A stretch of 64,000 bases of DNA, from contig CAWIEI010000002.1 of NCBI GenBank assembly GCA_963834965.1, positions 27,359 to 91,358 of the forward strand, read 5' to 3'. Source of the DNA: an uncultured Actinomycetota bacterium. GTDB lineage: Bacteria > Actinomycetota > Actinomycetes > Actinomycetales > Dermatophilaceae. Below are positions 48,439 through 57,421 of the stretch, one piece after another; position 1 is the stretch's first letter; every line of letters starts with the position of its first letter. The notes beneath the pieces were generated by a model. It ran no database searches. It was not told where the DNA came from and was given only the letters and a program-made list of their open reading frames with translations. A program made the translations under genes and the position numbers.

Positions 48439-50118
48439 TCAGGCCAGGATCGCCTCGCGCATGACATCGAGGCCGACCGACCCGAGGTCGAGCGAGCGGC
48501 GGTGGAAGTCCTTGAGCGAGAACGTGTCTCCCTCACGGGCGGCCACCTCCTCGCGCAGCTGCAGCCAGAGCCGCTCGCCGATCTTGTAGCTCGGGGCCTG
48601 CCCGGGCCAGCCGAGGTAGCGGCTCAGCTCGAAGCGGAGCATCTCCTCGCCCTGGTTGGCGTGGGCGTCGAGGAAGGCCCAGGCCTTGTCGTAGGTCCAG
48701 TCCCCGCCACCGACCTCGGCGGGAGCCTCGAAGCCGCAGTGCACGCCGATGTCGAGCACCACGCGGGCGGCCCGCAGCGACTGCCCGTCGAGCAGGCCGA
48801 GGTAGTTGCCCGGGTCGTCCATGTAGCCCAGCTCGGCCATCAGCCGCTCGGCATACAGCGCCCAGCCCTCGCCGTGCCCGCTGACCCAGCACATCATCCG
48901 TCGCCACTTGTTCAGCAGCTCGCGGCGGTAGACGGTCTGGGCGACCTGCAGGTGGTGGCCCGGCACGCCCTCGTGGTAGACGGTGGTCAGCTCGCGCCAG
49001 GTGCCGAACTCGGTCACGCCCCTGGGCACCGACCACCACATCCGGCCCGGCCGGCTGAAGTCGTCGCTGGGCCCGGTGTAGTAGATGCCGCCGGTCTGGG
49101 TGGGGGCGATCCGGCCCTCGATGGTGCGCACCGGCCCGGGGATGTCGAAGTGCGTGCCGGCCAGGTCGGCGATCACCTCATCGGCGCGGGCCTGCATCCA
49201 GTCGCGCAGTGCGTCGGTGCCGTGCAGCAGGTAGCGGGGGTCGCGGTCGAGGTGCTCGATGGCCTCCTTCACCGAGGCCCCGGGCACGATGCGGTCGGCG
49301 GTGGCGTGCATGTCGGCCTCGATCCGGGCGAGCTCCTCCTGCCCCCACGCGTAGGTCTCCTCGAGGTCGACGGTGGCGCCGAGGAACTGGCGCGAGGCGA
49401 GCTGGTAGCGCTCGCGGCCCGCGGCATCCGACTCGGGAGCGCGGTCGAGCAGGTGGGTGCGCAGGTCGTCGCCGAGCCGCTGGTACGCCGCGGCCGCCGC
49501 CTCGACGCCACGCGCGAGGTCGGCCCGCACGGAGTCGTCGAGGGGGGCACCGTTGGCGCTGGCCCGGGCGAGGAAGGTGGCGAAGTAGCCGTCGGGCGTG
49601 GTGAGGTCGGCGCACTGGGCGATGCACTCGGTGACCTGCCGGCGTGGCGTCACGAGCCCGCGGTCGGCCGACTCGCGCAGCGTCGAGGTCCACTGCTCCA
49701 AGGCCGTGGGCACCTTCGTGAGGCGGGTGGCGATGGTGGCCCAGTCGTGCTGGGTGGCGGTCGGCATCAGGTCGAAGACGTCGCGGCAGCCCTGCAGCGG
49801 TGACGCGATGACGTTGAGCTCCATCCGGTCATAGCCCGCCTCGTGCGCCTCGACGGTCAGCCCGAGCCGCTCGCGCATGGCCGCCACGGTGACCCGGTCG
49901 ACGTCGTCCACCGGCTCCACGGTGTCGAGGCGGGTGAGGGTGTCACGGGCGATCTGCACGTGGTGGGCGTAGCCGTCGGGCGACAGGTCGTCGAGCTCGG
50001 TCTCGCCGCCGGGCACCCCGAGGAACGTGGCCTCGATCGGGCTGGCGGCCACGACAGCGTCGAAGTGGGCCTCGGCGACGGCGTCGACGGGCGTGGGCTG
50101 GCGGGTGCTGTCGGTCAT
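48439..50118 (-). CDS. DUF885 family protein (putative metallopeptidase)
   Basis: YHEGVPGHH, EGWALYAE, PGQAPSYKIG. Confidence 0.9.
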   Translation of the reverse strand: MTDSTRQPTPVDAVAEAHFDAVVAASPIEATFLGVPGGETELDDLSPDGYAHHVQIARDTLTRLDTVEPVDDVDRVTVAAMRERLGLTVEAHEAGYDRMELNVIASPLQGCRDVFDLMPTATQHDWATIATRLTKVPTALEQWTSTLRESADRGLVTPRRQVTECIAQCADLTTPDGYFATFLARASANGAPLDDSVRADLARGVEAAAAAYQRLGDDLRTHLLDRAPESDAAGRERYQLASRQFLGATVDLEETYAWGQEELARIEADMHATADRIVPGASVKEAIEHLDRDPRYLLHGTDALRDWMQARADEVIADLAGTHFDIPGPVRTIEGRIAPTQTGGIYYTGPSDDFSRPGRMWWSVPRGVTEFGTWRELTTVYHEGVPGHHLQVAQTVYRRELLNKWRRMMCWVSGHGEGWALYAERLMAELGYMDDPGNYLGLLDGQSLRAARVVLDIGVHCGFEAPAEVGGGDWTYDKAWAFLDAHANQGEEMLRFELSRYLGWPGQAPSYKIGERLWLQLREEVAAREGDTFSLKDFHRRSLDLGSVGLDVMREAILA

Positions 50119-50231
50119 TCGACGGACGGTACCGGAGGGGTGGGCACGTCAGGCCACCACATTTCCCACGACTTCGGCGGGCTGCGGATCGCGTTCGCGT
50201 GGGTGGGCCGACCCGGCATACCCTCGGCGTC

Positions 50232-50906
50232 ATGCAGCCACGGGTGAGGTCGGTCAACGTCGGGGGCGCTCGCGGCGGCATCCTGCCCCGTGGGCGTGAC
50301 ACGGCGATCGACAAGCGCCCGGTGGCGTCGGTCGAGGTGCGTGACCCGGGCCCGAAGCGGGGCGGCCTGGGCAGCGGGGTCGTCGGCGACGACGTGGTGA
50401 GCCGCAAGCACCACGGTGGCTCGCGGCAGGCGGTGTATGCCGTGGCCCGCGAAGAGCTCGACTGGTGGGGCGCCGCACTCGAACGCGACCTCGTGGACGG
50501 GATGTTCGGCGAGAACCTCACCACGCAGGGGCTCGACGTCGACGGCGCGGTGGTGGGGGAGCGCTGGCGGGTCGGGTCGGCGCTGCTCGAGGTGACCGGG
50601 CCGCGCATCCCGTGTGCGACGTTCACGGCGTGGATGGGGGAGCCCGGCTGGGTGCGCCGCTTCACCGAGCGCGGCCGCACCGGCGCCTACCTGGCGGTGG
50701 TCGAGCCGGGCATGGTGAGCACGGGGGATGCCGTCGAGGTGCTCGGGCGGCCCGCGCACGGCATCACCGTGCCGGAGATGTTCCGGGCCTTCACCGGGGA
50801 TGACGGGATGGCGGCCGCGGTGCTGGAGGCGGGCATCCTCGACACCGAGGACCAGCGCTGGCTCGAGCGCCGCCTGGCCCGCCGCCGGGGCAAGATCGAC
50901 CAATAG
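50232..50906 (+). CDS. MOSC domain protein (YiiM-like)
   Basis: TAIDKRP, HHGG, FGENLT, PRIPC. Confidence 0.9.
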   Translation: MQPRVRSVNVGGARGGILPRGRDTAIDKRPVASVEVRDPGPKRGGLGSGVVGDDVVSRKHHGGSRQAVYAVAREELDWWGAALERDLVDGMFGENLTTQGLDVDGAVVGERWRVGSALLEVTGPRIPCATFTAWMGEPGWVRRFTERGRTGAYLAVVEPGMVSTGDAVEVLGRPAHGITVPEMFRAFTGDDGMAAAVLEAGILDTEDQRWLERRLARRRGKIDQ

Positions 50907-50920
50907 GTCAAAGTTGCCCC
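50887..50920 (+). repeat. Repeat family III copy overlapping the MOSC stop codon
   Basis: GGGGCAAGATCGACCAATAGGTCAAAGTTGCCCC. Confidence 0.9.
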
Positions 50921-50944
50921 AGCCAGGGGCTCACTGCGCCGTGC

Positions 50945-51733
50945 TCAGGCGGCAACCGATGCCATGCGGAAGTGGCGACGCCCGTCATCGGACAGTGCCG
51001 CAGGCACCTGGATGCCGTGGGCCCGTAGCTCCGAAACCAGTCGTTGGAGAAGCGTTTCCGGCTCTTCGTACAGTTCATGCGCCCGGACCACCACGAAGGT
51101 CCACCCTTCCTCGGTGCTCAGCACGGTGCGCCGCCATGCGTCGTGTTCCCGCTGCTCCACCGTGTCGTGCCAGCGGCCGTCGTACTCGATGGCGAGCCTG
51201 ACCCCTTCGAAACCGAGGTCGATGCGGAAGCGAACGTTGCCCTCGGCAGCCAGGATCGGAATGTTGGTCTGCGGTTCCGGCAACCCGGCCAGAACCATGA
51301 GCAGACGCGGGGCGGTCCCAGGCACGGAGTCGACCCGCTCACGAACAAGGAGGGCGGCTCGCAGCGCATCCCCACGACACTGACCCGGCCACCCGTCGGC
51401 GTAGTGGATGAGATCGCACGGGCTGCATCGGCCCTTCTTGACCAGCCGGTCGCCGAGGGCCACGAGGTCGACCAAGCCCAGGGGCCGGGCGAGGTGGCAG
51501 AAGGTCTGGCCCGGTGAGGTCACGGGAACCCCTTGCCATCGCCGGATGTCGAGGCGGTGTCGGAAGCGGTGATGCTTCACGCCCCGGATGCGAAAGCGCA
51601 CATCCCGCATGAACGAGATGTGGGTCCGGTCGTTGTCGGGGACGGCCCCGCCCCAGATGCGGGCGGCCGTCCAGTGGCTCACGACAGCACCCTCGGGAGC
51701 GAGCCGGCGCCGGGTTTTCCACAGGTGGGGCAA
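50945..51733 (-). CDS. DUF559/Vsr-like PD-(D/E)XK endonuclease-domain protein, possibly 5'-truncated or decaying
   Basis: SHWTAARIWG, PVTSPGQT, GLPEPQTN, RIDLGF, AIEYDGRWH, EGW; more A/T-ending codons than neighbouring genes. Confidence 0.75.
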   Translation of the reverse strand: MPHLWKTRRRLAPEGAVVSHWTAARIWGGAVPDNDRTHISFMRDVRFRIRGVKHHRFRHRLDIRRWQGVPVTSPGQTFCHLARPLGLVDLVALGDRLVKKGRCSPCDLIHYADGWPGQCRGDALRAALLVRERVDSVPGTAPRLLMVLAGLPEPQTNIPILAAEGNVRFRIDLGFEGVRLAIEYDGRWHDTVEQREHDAWRRTVLSTEEGWTFVVVRAHELYEEPETLLQRLVSELRAHGIQVPAALSDDGRRHFRMASVAA

Positions 51734-51760
51734 CGTTGACCTATTGGTCGATGTTGCCCC
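51727..51760 (-). repeat. Repeat family III copy, inverted relative to 50887-50920
   Basis: Minus strand reads GGGGCAACATCGACCAATAGGTCAACGTTGCCCC. Confidence 0.9.
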
Positions 51761-51765
51761 CGGGG

Positions 51766-52020
51766 TCAGGAGCGCAGCGAGGCGCGCCAGGCGCCGGGGC
51801 CGTGGCTGAGCGGCTGCCGCAGGGCCACCGAGTGCGCCGCCCAGGTCGAGCCCGACCGCTCGGATGCCGGTTCGTCGCCACCCGACGCGGCCGACAGCAC
51901 CGCGACCAGGGCCGCCAGCTGCTCGGGGGTCGCCTCGCCGCGCACGACGATGGCCGGTGGGGCCGCGGTCACCGCAGCCTCGGCCCCACCGGAGTCGGTC
52001 GCCTCGTCGCCGGCCATCAC
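51766..52020 (-). CDS. accE: Acyl-CoA carboxylase epsilon subunit
   Basis: VVRGEATPEQLAALVAVL...GAWRASLR; downstream of the beta subunit. Confidence 0.85.
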   Translation of the reverse strand: MMAGDEATDSGGAEAAVTAAPPAIVVRGEATPEQLAALVAVLSAASGGDEPASERSGSTWAAHSVALRQPLSHGPGAWRASLRS

Positions 52021-52102
52021 CGGGCCGGGTCCCACGAGCGCTGAGCCTGGCGAGTGCTCACAGCGCCGGGCCCCCTGAGCTCTGAGCCTGTGAAGAGGTC
52101 AT
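52017..52102 (-). repeat. Two imperfect 41-bp tandem units, each encoding a 14-aa mini-ORF (MIRU-like)
   Basis: [14 protein letters not shown] (52102-52058) and VSTRQAQRSWDPAR* (52061-52017), with ATGA/GTGA overlaps at all three junctions. Confidence 0.75.
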
Positions 52103-53727
52103 AGGGGAATGTTGCCGTGCTTCTTGGGCGGCAGGGTCGCGCGCTTGGTGCGCAGCGCCCGCAGTGCCTTGGAGACGTTCATCCGGGTGTTCGAGGGCGT
52201 GATGACGGTGTCGATGTAGCCGCGCTCGGCCGCGACGTAGGGGTTGGCCAGGGCGTCCTCGTACTGCTTGATGAACGCCGCGCGGGCCTCCTCGACCGAG
52301 TCGCCGTGCTCGGCGGTCTTGGCGAGCTCCTTGCGGTAGAGGATGTTCACCGCGCCCTGGGCACCCATCACCGCGATCTGCGCCGTGGGCCAGGCCAGGT
52401 TGATGTCGGCCCCGAGGTGCTTGGACCCCATGACGTCGTAGGCGCCGCCGTAGGCCTTGCGGGTGATCACGGTGACCAGGGGCACGGTGGCCTCGGAGTA
52501 GGCGTAGATGAGCTTCGCGCCACGACGGATGATGCCGTCCCACTCCTGGTCGGTGCCCGGGAGGAAGCCCGGCACGTCGACCAGGGTCAGGATCGGCACG
52601 TTGAACGCGTCGCAGGTGCGCACGAACCGGGCGGCCTTCTCGGACGCGTCGATGTCGAGCGTGCCCGCGAACTGCATCGGGTTGTTGGCCACGACACCGA
52701 CCGAGCGGCCCTCGACGCGTCCGAACCCGGTGATGATGTTCGGCGCGAAGAGCGGCGCGACCTCGAGGAACTCCTCGTCATCGACGATCCGCTCGATGAC
52801 CTGGTGCATGTCGTAGGGGACGTTGGGGCTGTCGGGGACGATCGTGTCGAGGAACCGGTCGTCGTCGGTGACCTCGAGGTCGTTCTCGTCGCCGTAGACC
52901 GGCGGGTCCTCCATGTTGTTCGACGGCAGGTACGACAGCAGCGCCTTGACGTACTCGACGGCGTCGTCCTCGTCGGTGCCCATGTAGTGCGCCACACCGG
53001 ACTTGGTGTTGTGGGTGCGCGCCCCGCCGAGCTCCTCGAACCCGACGTCCTCACCGGTGACGGTCTTGATGACGTCGGGGCCGGTGATGAACATGTGCGA
53101 GGTCTTGTCGACCATCACGGTGAAGTCGGTGACCGCGGGGGAGTACACGGCGCCGCCGGCGCACGGCCCCATGATCAGCGAGATCTGCGGGATGACGCCC
53201 GAGGCGTGCACGTTGCGCCGGAAGATCTCGCCGTACAGGCCGAGAGAGACCACACCCTCCTGGATGCGGGCCCCACCCGAGTCGTTCAGCCCGACGACCG
53301 GGCAGCCGACCTTCATGGCGAAGTCCATGATCTTGACGATCTTCTCGCCGAACACCTCGCCCAGCGAGCCACCGAACACGGTGAAGTCCTGGGCGAACAC
53401 CGCGACCGTGCGGCCGTCGACGGTGCCGTAGCCGGTGACCACGCCGTCGCCGTAGGGGCGGTTCTTGTCGCCGCCGAACGCCACGGAACGGTGCCTGGCG
53501 TACTTGTCCATCTCGACGAAGGTGCCCTCGTCGAGCAGCATCTTGAGGCGCTCGCGGGCGGTCTTCTTGCCGCGGGCGTGCTGCTTCTCGATGGCCCGTT
53601 CGGTGCCGGAGTGGGCCACCTCGTCGACGCGCCGCTTGAGGTCCGCGAGCTTGCCTGCCGTCGTGGAGGTGTCGATGTCCTTCGGGACGTCGGTGCCGCC
53701 GATGGACTGGGTGTCGCTCTTGGACAT
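52099..53727 (-). CDS. pccB: Propionyl/acyl-CoA carboxylase beta subunit (AccD5-like)
   Basis: [35 protein letters not shown]. Confidence 0.95.
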   Translation of the reverse strand: MSKSDTQSIGGTDVPKDIDTSTTAGKLADLKRRVDEVAHSGTERAIEKQHARGKKTARERLKMLLDEGTFVEMDKYARHRSVAFGGDKNRPYGDGVVTGYGTVDGRTVAVFAQDFTVFGGSLGEVFGEKIVKIMDFAMKVGCPVVGLNDSGGARIQEGVVSLGLYGEIFRRNVHASGVIPQISLIMGPCAGGAVYSPAVTDFTVMVDKTSHMFITGPDVIKTVTGEDVGFEELGGARTHNTKSGVAHYMGTDEDDAVEYVKALLSYLPSNNMEDPPVYGDENDLEVTDDDRFLDTIVPDSPNVPYDMHQVIERIVDDEEFLEVAPLFAPNIITGFGRVEGRSVGVVANNPMQFAGTLDIDASEKAARFVRTCDAFNVPILTLVDVPGFLPGTDQEWDGIIRRGAKLIYAYSEATVPLVTVITRKAYGGAYDVMGSKHLGADINLAWPTAQIAVMGAQGAVNILYRKELAKTAEHGDSVEEARAAFIKQYEDALANPYVAAERGYIDTVITPSNTRMNVSKALRALRTKRATLPPKKHGNIPL

Positions 53728-53750
53728 GGCCCGAGCCTAGCCTTGCCCTC

Positions 53751-54518
53751 GTGGGCGAGCTGCACCGATCCCGACCGCTCGGCGAGCGATCTGTCACACC
53801 CGGCGATCCGTGGGGTCCCGTGGAGGTCTTCGACCGCCTCGGCTCGACGAACGACGAGGTCCGGGAGCGTCCGTCGCCCTGGCGCGTGGTCGTCGCCGAG
53901 CAGCAGGATGCCGGTCGCGGCCGGCTCGGTCGGGCCTGGACGACCACCCCCGGCACGTCCCTGGCGGTGTCGGTGCTCGTGCCGCCCCCGGCATCCGGCG
54001 CGTCGTGGGTGCCGCTGCTCGCCGGCCTGGCCGTGCGGCGGGCCGTCGACGAGGTGGCCGGCGTCGAGACGGCCCTGAAGTGGCCCAACGACGTGCTCGT
54101 GCCCGGCGACGGTGACCGCAAGCTGGCCGGCATCCTCTGCGAGTGGACCGCGGCCGGGGTCGTCGTGGGGCTGGGGCTCAACGTGGATGCCGCCCGCGTC
54201 GACCTGCCGCTCGACACCGCCACCTCGCTGCGCGCCGCCGGCGCGCCGGGGGTCGACCGCGCGAGCCTGCTCACCGCCTACCTCGTGCACCTGGCCCGGG
54301 TGCTGGGCGAGGACACCGGGCCCGGCGGTGCCGCCCAGCGCGCTTACCTGGCGGCCTGTGCGACGGTGGGCCGGCAGGTGGAGGTGCACGAGCCGGGCGG
54401 GGTGGTGCGTCGCGGTGTCGCGACAGGCGTCGACGATGCGGGCAGACTGACCGTGCGCTCCGCCGAGGGCGTGTGGGCCGCGTCCGCGGGTGACGTGGTC
54501 CACGTCCGCGCACCCTGA
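53751..54518 (+). CDS. birA: Biotin-[acetyl-CoA carboxylase] ligase
   Basis: GSTN, GRGRLGRAW, LKWPND, KLAGILCE, AGDVVH. Confidence 0.93.
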   Translation: MGELHRSRPLGERSVTPGDPWGPVEVFDRLGSTNDEVRERPSPWRVVVAEQQDAGRGRLGRAWTTTPGTSLAVSVLVPPPASGASWVPLLAGLAVRRAVDEVAGVETALKWPNDVLVPGDGDRKLAGILCEWTAAGVVVGLGLNVDAARVDLPLDTATSLRAAGAPGVDRASLLTAYLVHLARVLGEDTGPGGAAQRAYLAACATVGRQVEVHEPGGVVRRGVATGVDDAGRLTVRSAEGVWAASAGDVVHVRAP

Positions 54519-54536
54519 CCCGTCGAGAGGAGCCTG

Positions 54537-55676
54537 ATGTCCGCCGAGCAGGTCGGTCGGTCCGCCGGCGACGCCGCCGCCGGCGAGGCTCCCGCGCTGC
54601 TCGATGTCTCCGGGCCCGACCTCGTGACGCCCGACGACGTGGCCGAGCGGGTCGAACGCATGCTGCTCGGCCGGCCCGCCTCGATGGGGCGGCGCGAGGT
54701 GACCGAGGGTGCCGGCGTCGAGGCCCTCACGGCCCGGCGGTTCTGGCACGCGATGGGCTTCCAGAACGTCACCGACGACGAGGCGATGTTCACCGAGGCA
54801 GACACCCAGGCGCTGCGCCGGGTGGCCCGGATCATCGACGACGGCCGGCTCAGCGAGGAGCTGGCCCTCGGCATGACCCGCGCGTTCGCCCGCACCGCCG
54901 ACCGGCTCGCCGTCTGGCAGACCCAGCTCGTCGCCGAGTCGCTGGCCGCCCCGCTCGCCGAGGAGCTCGAGGGGCGCGACAGCCGGTCGGTGCCCGAGCC
55001 GCTGGTCGCCGCCGAGGCCGCCGAGCTGCTCGCGGGCATCTCCACCGAGATCGAGCCGCTGCTGGTCTACGTCTGGCGCCGCCACCTGACCAACGCGATC
55101 GCCCGAATGCTCGCTGATGCCGACCCGGCCGTGCACTCCGACCCCTCCGCCCCGATCCGCGTCGTGGGCTTCGCCGACCTGGTGTCGTTCACCTCGTTCG
55201 TGCGGCGGATGAGCGAGCGGCAGCTCGCGCGCCTCGTGCAGCGCTTCGAGCTGCTCGCCAGCGACGTGATCACCGAGCACGGCGGCCGGGTGATCAAGAC
55301 CGTGGGCGACGAGGTGCTGTTCGTGCACTCGGAGGCGGCCGCGGCATCCGCCATCGCCCTGGACCTGGTCGACGCGATGGCCGAGGACGAGCTGTTGCCG
55401 CCGGTGCGGGTCGGCCTGGCCCACGGGCGGGTCGTCTCGCGCCTCGGCGACGTCTTCGGGATGACGGTGAACAAGGCCAGCCGGATCACCGCGGTGACCC
55501 CGTCGGGGCACGTCTACGTCGACGACGACATGGCCCGGGTGCTGGGCGAGGTGTCCGGCTTCACGGCCATCGAGCGTCGCCGGCGGGTGCTGCGCGGCAT
55601 CGGCGTGGTGGCCCTGCACGAGCTGCAACGCGCACCCGGTGGGCGCCGCCCTCCGGCGGATGGGGGGACGTCGTGA
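54537..55676 (+). CDS. Class III adenylate cyclase with N-terminal regulatory domain
   Basis: GFADLVSFT, IKTVGDE, GDVFGMTVNKASRI. Confidence 0.9.
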   Translation: MSAEQVGRSAGDAAAGEAPALLDVSGPDLVTPDDVAERVERMLLGRPASMGRREVTEGAGVEALTARRFWHAMGFQNVTDDEAMFTEADTQALRRVARIIDDGRLSEELALGMTRAFARTADRLAVWQTQLVAESLAAPLAEELEGRDSRSVPEPLVAAEAAELLAGISTEIEPLLVYVWRRHLTNAIARMLADADPAVHSDPSAPIRVVGFADLVSFTSFVRRMSERQLARLVQRFELLASDVITEHGGRVIKTVGDEVLFVHSEAAAASAIALDLVDAMAEDELLPPVRVGLAHGRVVSRLGDVFGMTVNKASRITAVTPSGHVYVDDDMARVLGEVSGFTAIERRRRVLRGIGVVALHELQRAPGGRRPPADGGTS

Positions 55677-55690
55677 CTACGATCGAACAC

Positions 55691-56365
55691 ATGACCAAGG
55701 TGCTGCTCGCGGAGGACGACCCCGCGATCTCCGACCCGTTGGCCCGTGCCCTGCGGCGCGAGGGCTACGACGTCGACGTGTGCACCGACGGGGTGTCCGC
55801 CCTCGAGGAGGCCCTGCAGTCCCCTGACCTGCTGGTTCTCGACCTCGGCCTGCCGAAGATGGACGGCCTCGAGGTCTGCCGCCGGCTGCGGCAGGAGGGC
55901 AGCACGGTGCCCGTGCTGGTGCTCACCGCCCGTGCCGACGAGGTCGACACCGTCGTCGGCCTCGATGCCGGCGCCGACGACTACGTCACCAAGCCGTTCC
56001 GGCTCGCCGAGCTGCTGGCCCGGGCCCGGGCCCTCCTACGGCGCGGCGTGGTGGAGCCGCCCCCGCCCGAGGCCCTGGTCAGGATCGACCCCGAGGGGCG
56101 CCGCGTCTTCCTGCACGGCCAGGAGGTGCAGCTCACCGGTAAGGAGTTCGAGCTGCTCAAGGTGCTCGTGGCCAACGAGGGCAAGGTCGTCTCCCGCGAG
56201 AAGCTGATGCGCGACGTGTGGGACAGCGCCTGGTACGGCTCCACCAAGACGCTCGACATGCACATCTCGGTGCTGCGCCGGAAGCTCGGCGACGACGCCG
56301 CGCACCCGAGCTACATCACCACCATCCGAGGGGTCGGTTTCCGCTTCGACGCCCCGGAGGACTGA
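55691..56365 (+). CDS. OmpR-family response regulator (alternative start at 55673)
   Basis: AEDD, LDLGLP, DDYVTKPF, RGVGFRF. Confidence 0.93.
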   Translation: MTKVLLAEDDPAISDPLARALRREGYDVDVCTDGVSALEEALQSPDLLVLDLGLPKMDGLEVCRRLRQEGSTVPVLVLTARADEVDTVVGLDAGADDYVTKPFRLAELLARARALLRRGVVEPPPPEALVRIDPEGRRVFLHGQEVQLTGKEFELLKVLVANEGKVVSREKLMRDVWDSAWYGSTKTLDMHISVLRRKLGDDAAHPSYITTIRGVGFRFDAPED

Positions 56366-56372
56366 GGGCGGG

Positions 56373-57404
56373 GTGCGCCGACTGCTGGTCGTCACGGTCG
56401 CCCAGGCCGTGGCGATCACCGCGGTGCTGGTCGGGGTGGCCGTCGCGGCGCTGCTGCTGTGGCCGGGTGACCCGCTGAAGTCGCTGGCGCCCAAGGCCGA
56501 CCGGGTCTTCGCCGGCACCCCACCGGTGCCGATCGTGCTGGCGGCGCTCGGTGTCGCCATCGTCGCGGCCGGCGGCATCGCCCTCGGGGTCGCCGCCCTG
56601 ATGGCGGACCGCCGGGCGTCGCGCGTCGCGCACTTCCTCGCCACCCTCGGTGAGCGCGCCGAGCGGCTCGGCCCCGGCGACCCGCGCCCGGTGCCGCTGC
56701 GCTCCGGCATCATGGAGATCGACCGGCTGGACGCCGCGCTCGCCCGCGGCGCGCAGCAGGGCGCCAAGCGGCTGGCGAGCGAGCGCGACTTCGCCGCCGA
56801 CGCCTCGCACCAGCTGCGCACCCCGCTGACCGCCCTGCTCATGCGGCTCGAGGAGATCGCCAGCACCGACGACCTCATCGTCGTCGAGGAGGAGGCGACC
56901 ATCGCGATCGCCCAGGTCGAGCGGCTCAGCCGGGTGGTCGACGACCTGATGAGCCGCACCCGCAGCGGCACCGAGACCAACCCGGCGGTGTCGCTCGACT
57001 CGGTGCTGGCGTCGCTGCAGCGGGAGTGGCAGCCGGCGTTCGCGGCGGCCCGGCGCAGCATCCACGTCAGCGGTGAGCGCGGCCTCGGCATCCGGGCGAC
57101 GCCCACCGCGCTGGCCCAGATCCTCACGACCCTGCTCGAGAACTCGCTGATGTACGGGCGAGGCACCGTCGAGATCCGGGCCCGCCGGGCCGGCCCGTCG
57201 GTGGTGATCGAGGTCGCCGACGAGGGCGACGGCGTGCCGGCCGCCATCGCGCCGCACATCTTCGAGCGGTCGGTGTCGTCGTCGGGCAGCGGGCTGGGGC
57301 TCTCGCTGGCCCGCGACCTGGCCGAGGCCGCTGGGGGCCGGCTCGAGCTGGTGCGGGCCAAGCCGCCGCTGTTCGCGGTATTCCTCTCCGCCAGCGGTAC
57401 CTGA
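56373..57404 (+). CDS. Sensor histidine kinase
   Basis: Two TM helices; ASHQLRTPL H-box; LLENS, DEGDG and GSGLGL boxes. Confidence 0.9.
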   Translation: MRRLLVVTVAQAVAITAVLVGVAVAALLLWPGDPLKSLAPKADRVFAGTPPVPIVLAALGVAIVAAGGIALGVAALMADRRASRVAHFLATLGERAERLGPGDPRPVPLRSGIMEIDRLDAALARGAQQGAKRLASERDFAADASHQLRTPLTALLMRLEEIASTDDLIVVEEEATIAIAQVERLSRVVDDLMSRTRSGTETNPAVSLDSVLASLQREWQPAFAAARRSIHVSGERGLGIRATPTALAQILTTLLENSLMYGRGTVEIRARRAGPSVVIEVADEGDGVPAAIAPHIFERSVSSSGSGLGLSLARDLAEAAGGRLELVRAKPPLFAVFLSASGT

Positions 57405-57421
57405 CCCGCGTCGGCGGCGGC

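Noticed and set aside
51715-51723. DnaA-box-like TTTTCCACA
   Set aside because: A single mismatched copy with no cluster or origin context
50945-51733. AbiE-type toxin-antitoxin pair or classical IS element
   Set aside because: No nucleotidyltransferase partner, no DDE/HUH transposase motifs, and no target-site duplication seen
52117-55628. Long alternative ORFs (e.g. 52117-54078 +, 53313-55628 -, 38183-40240 -, 47833-49803 +)
   Set aside because: They are antisense or frame shadows of well-supported genes, as expected in high-GC DNA, and show no recognisable motifs
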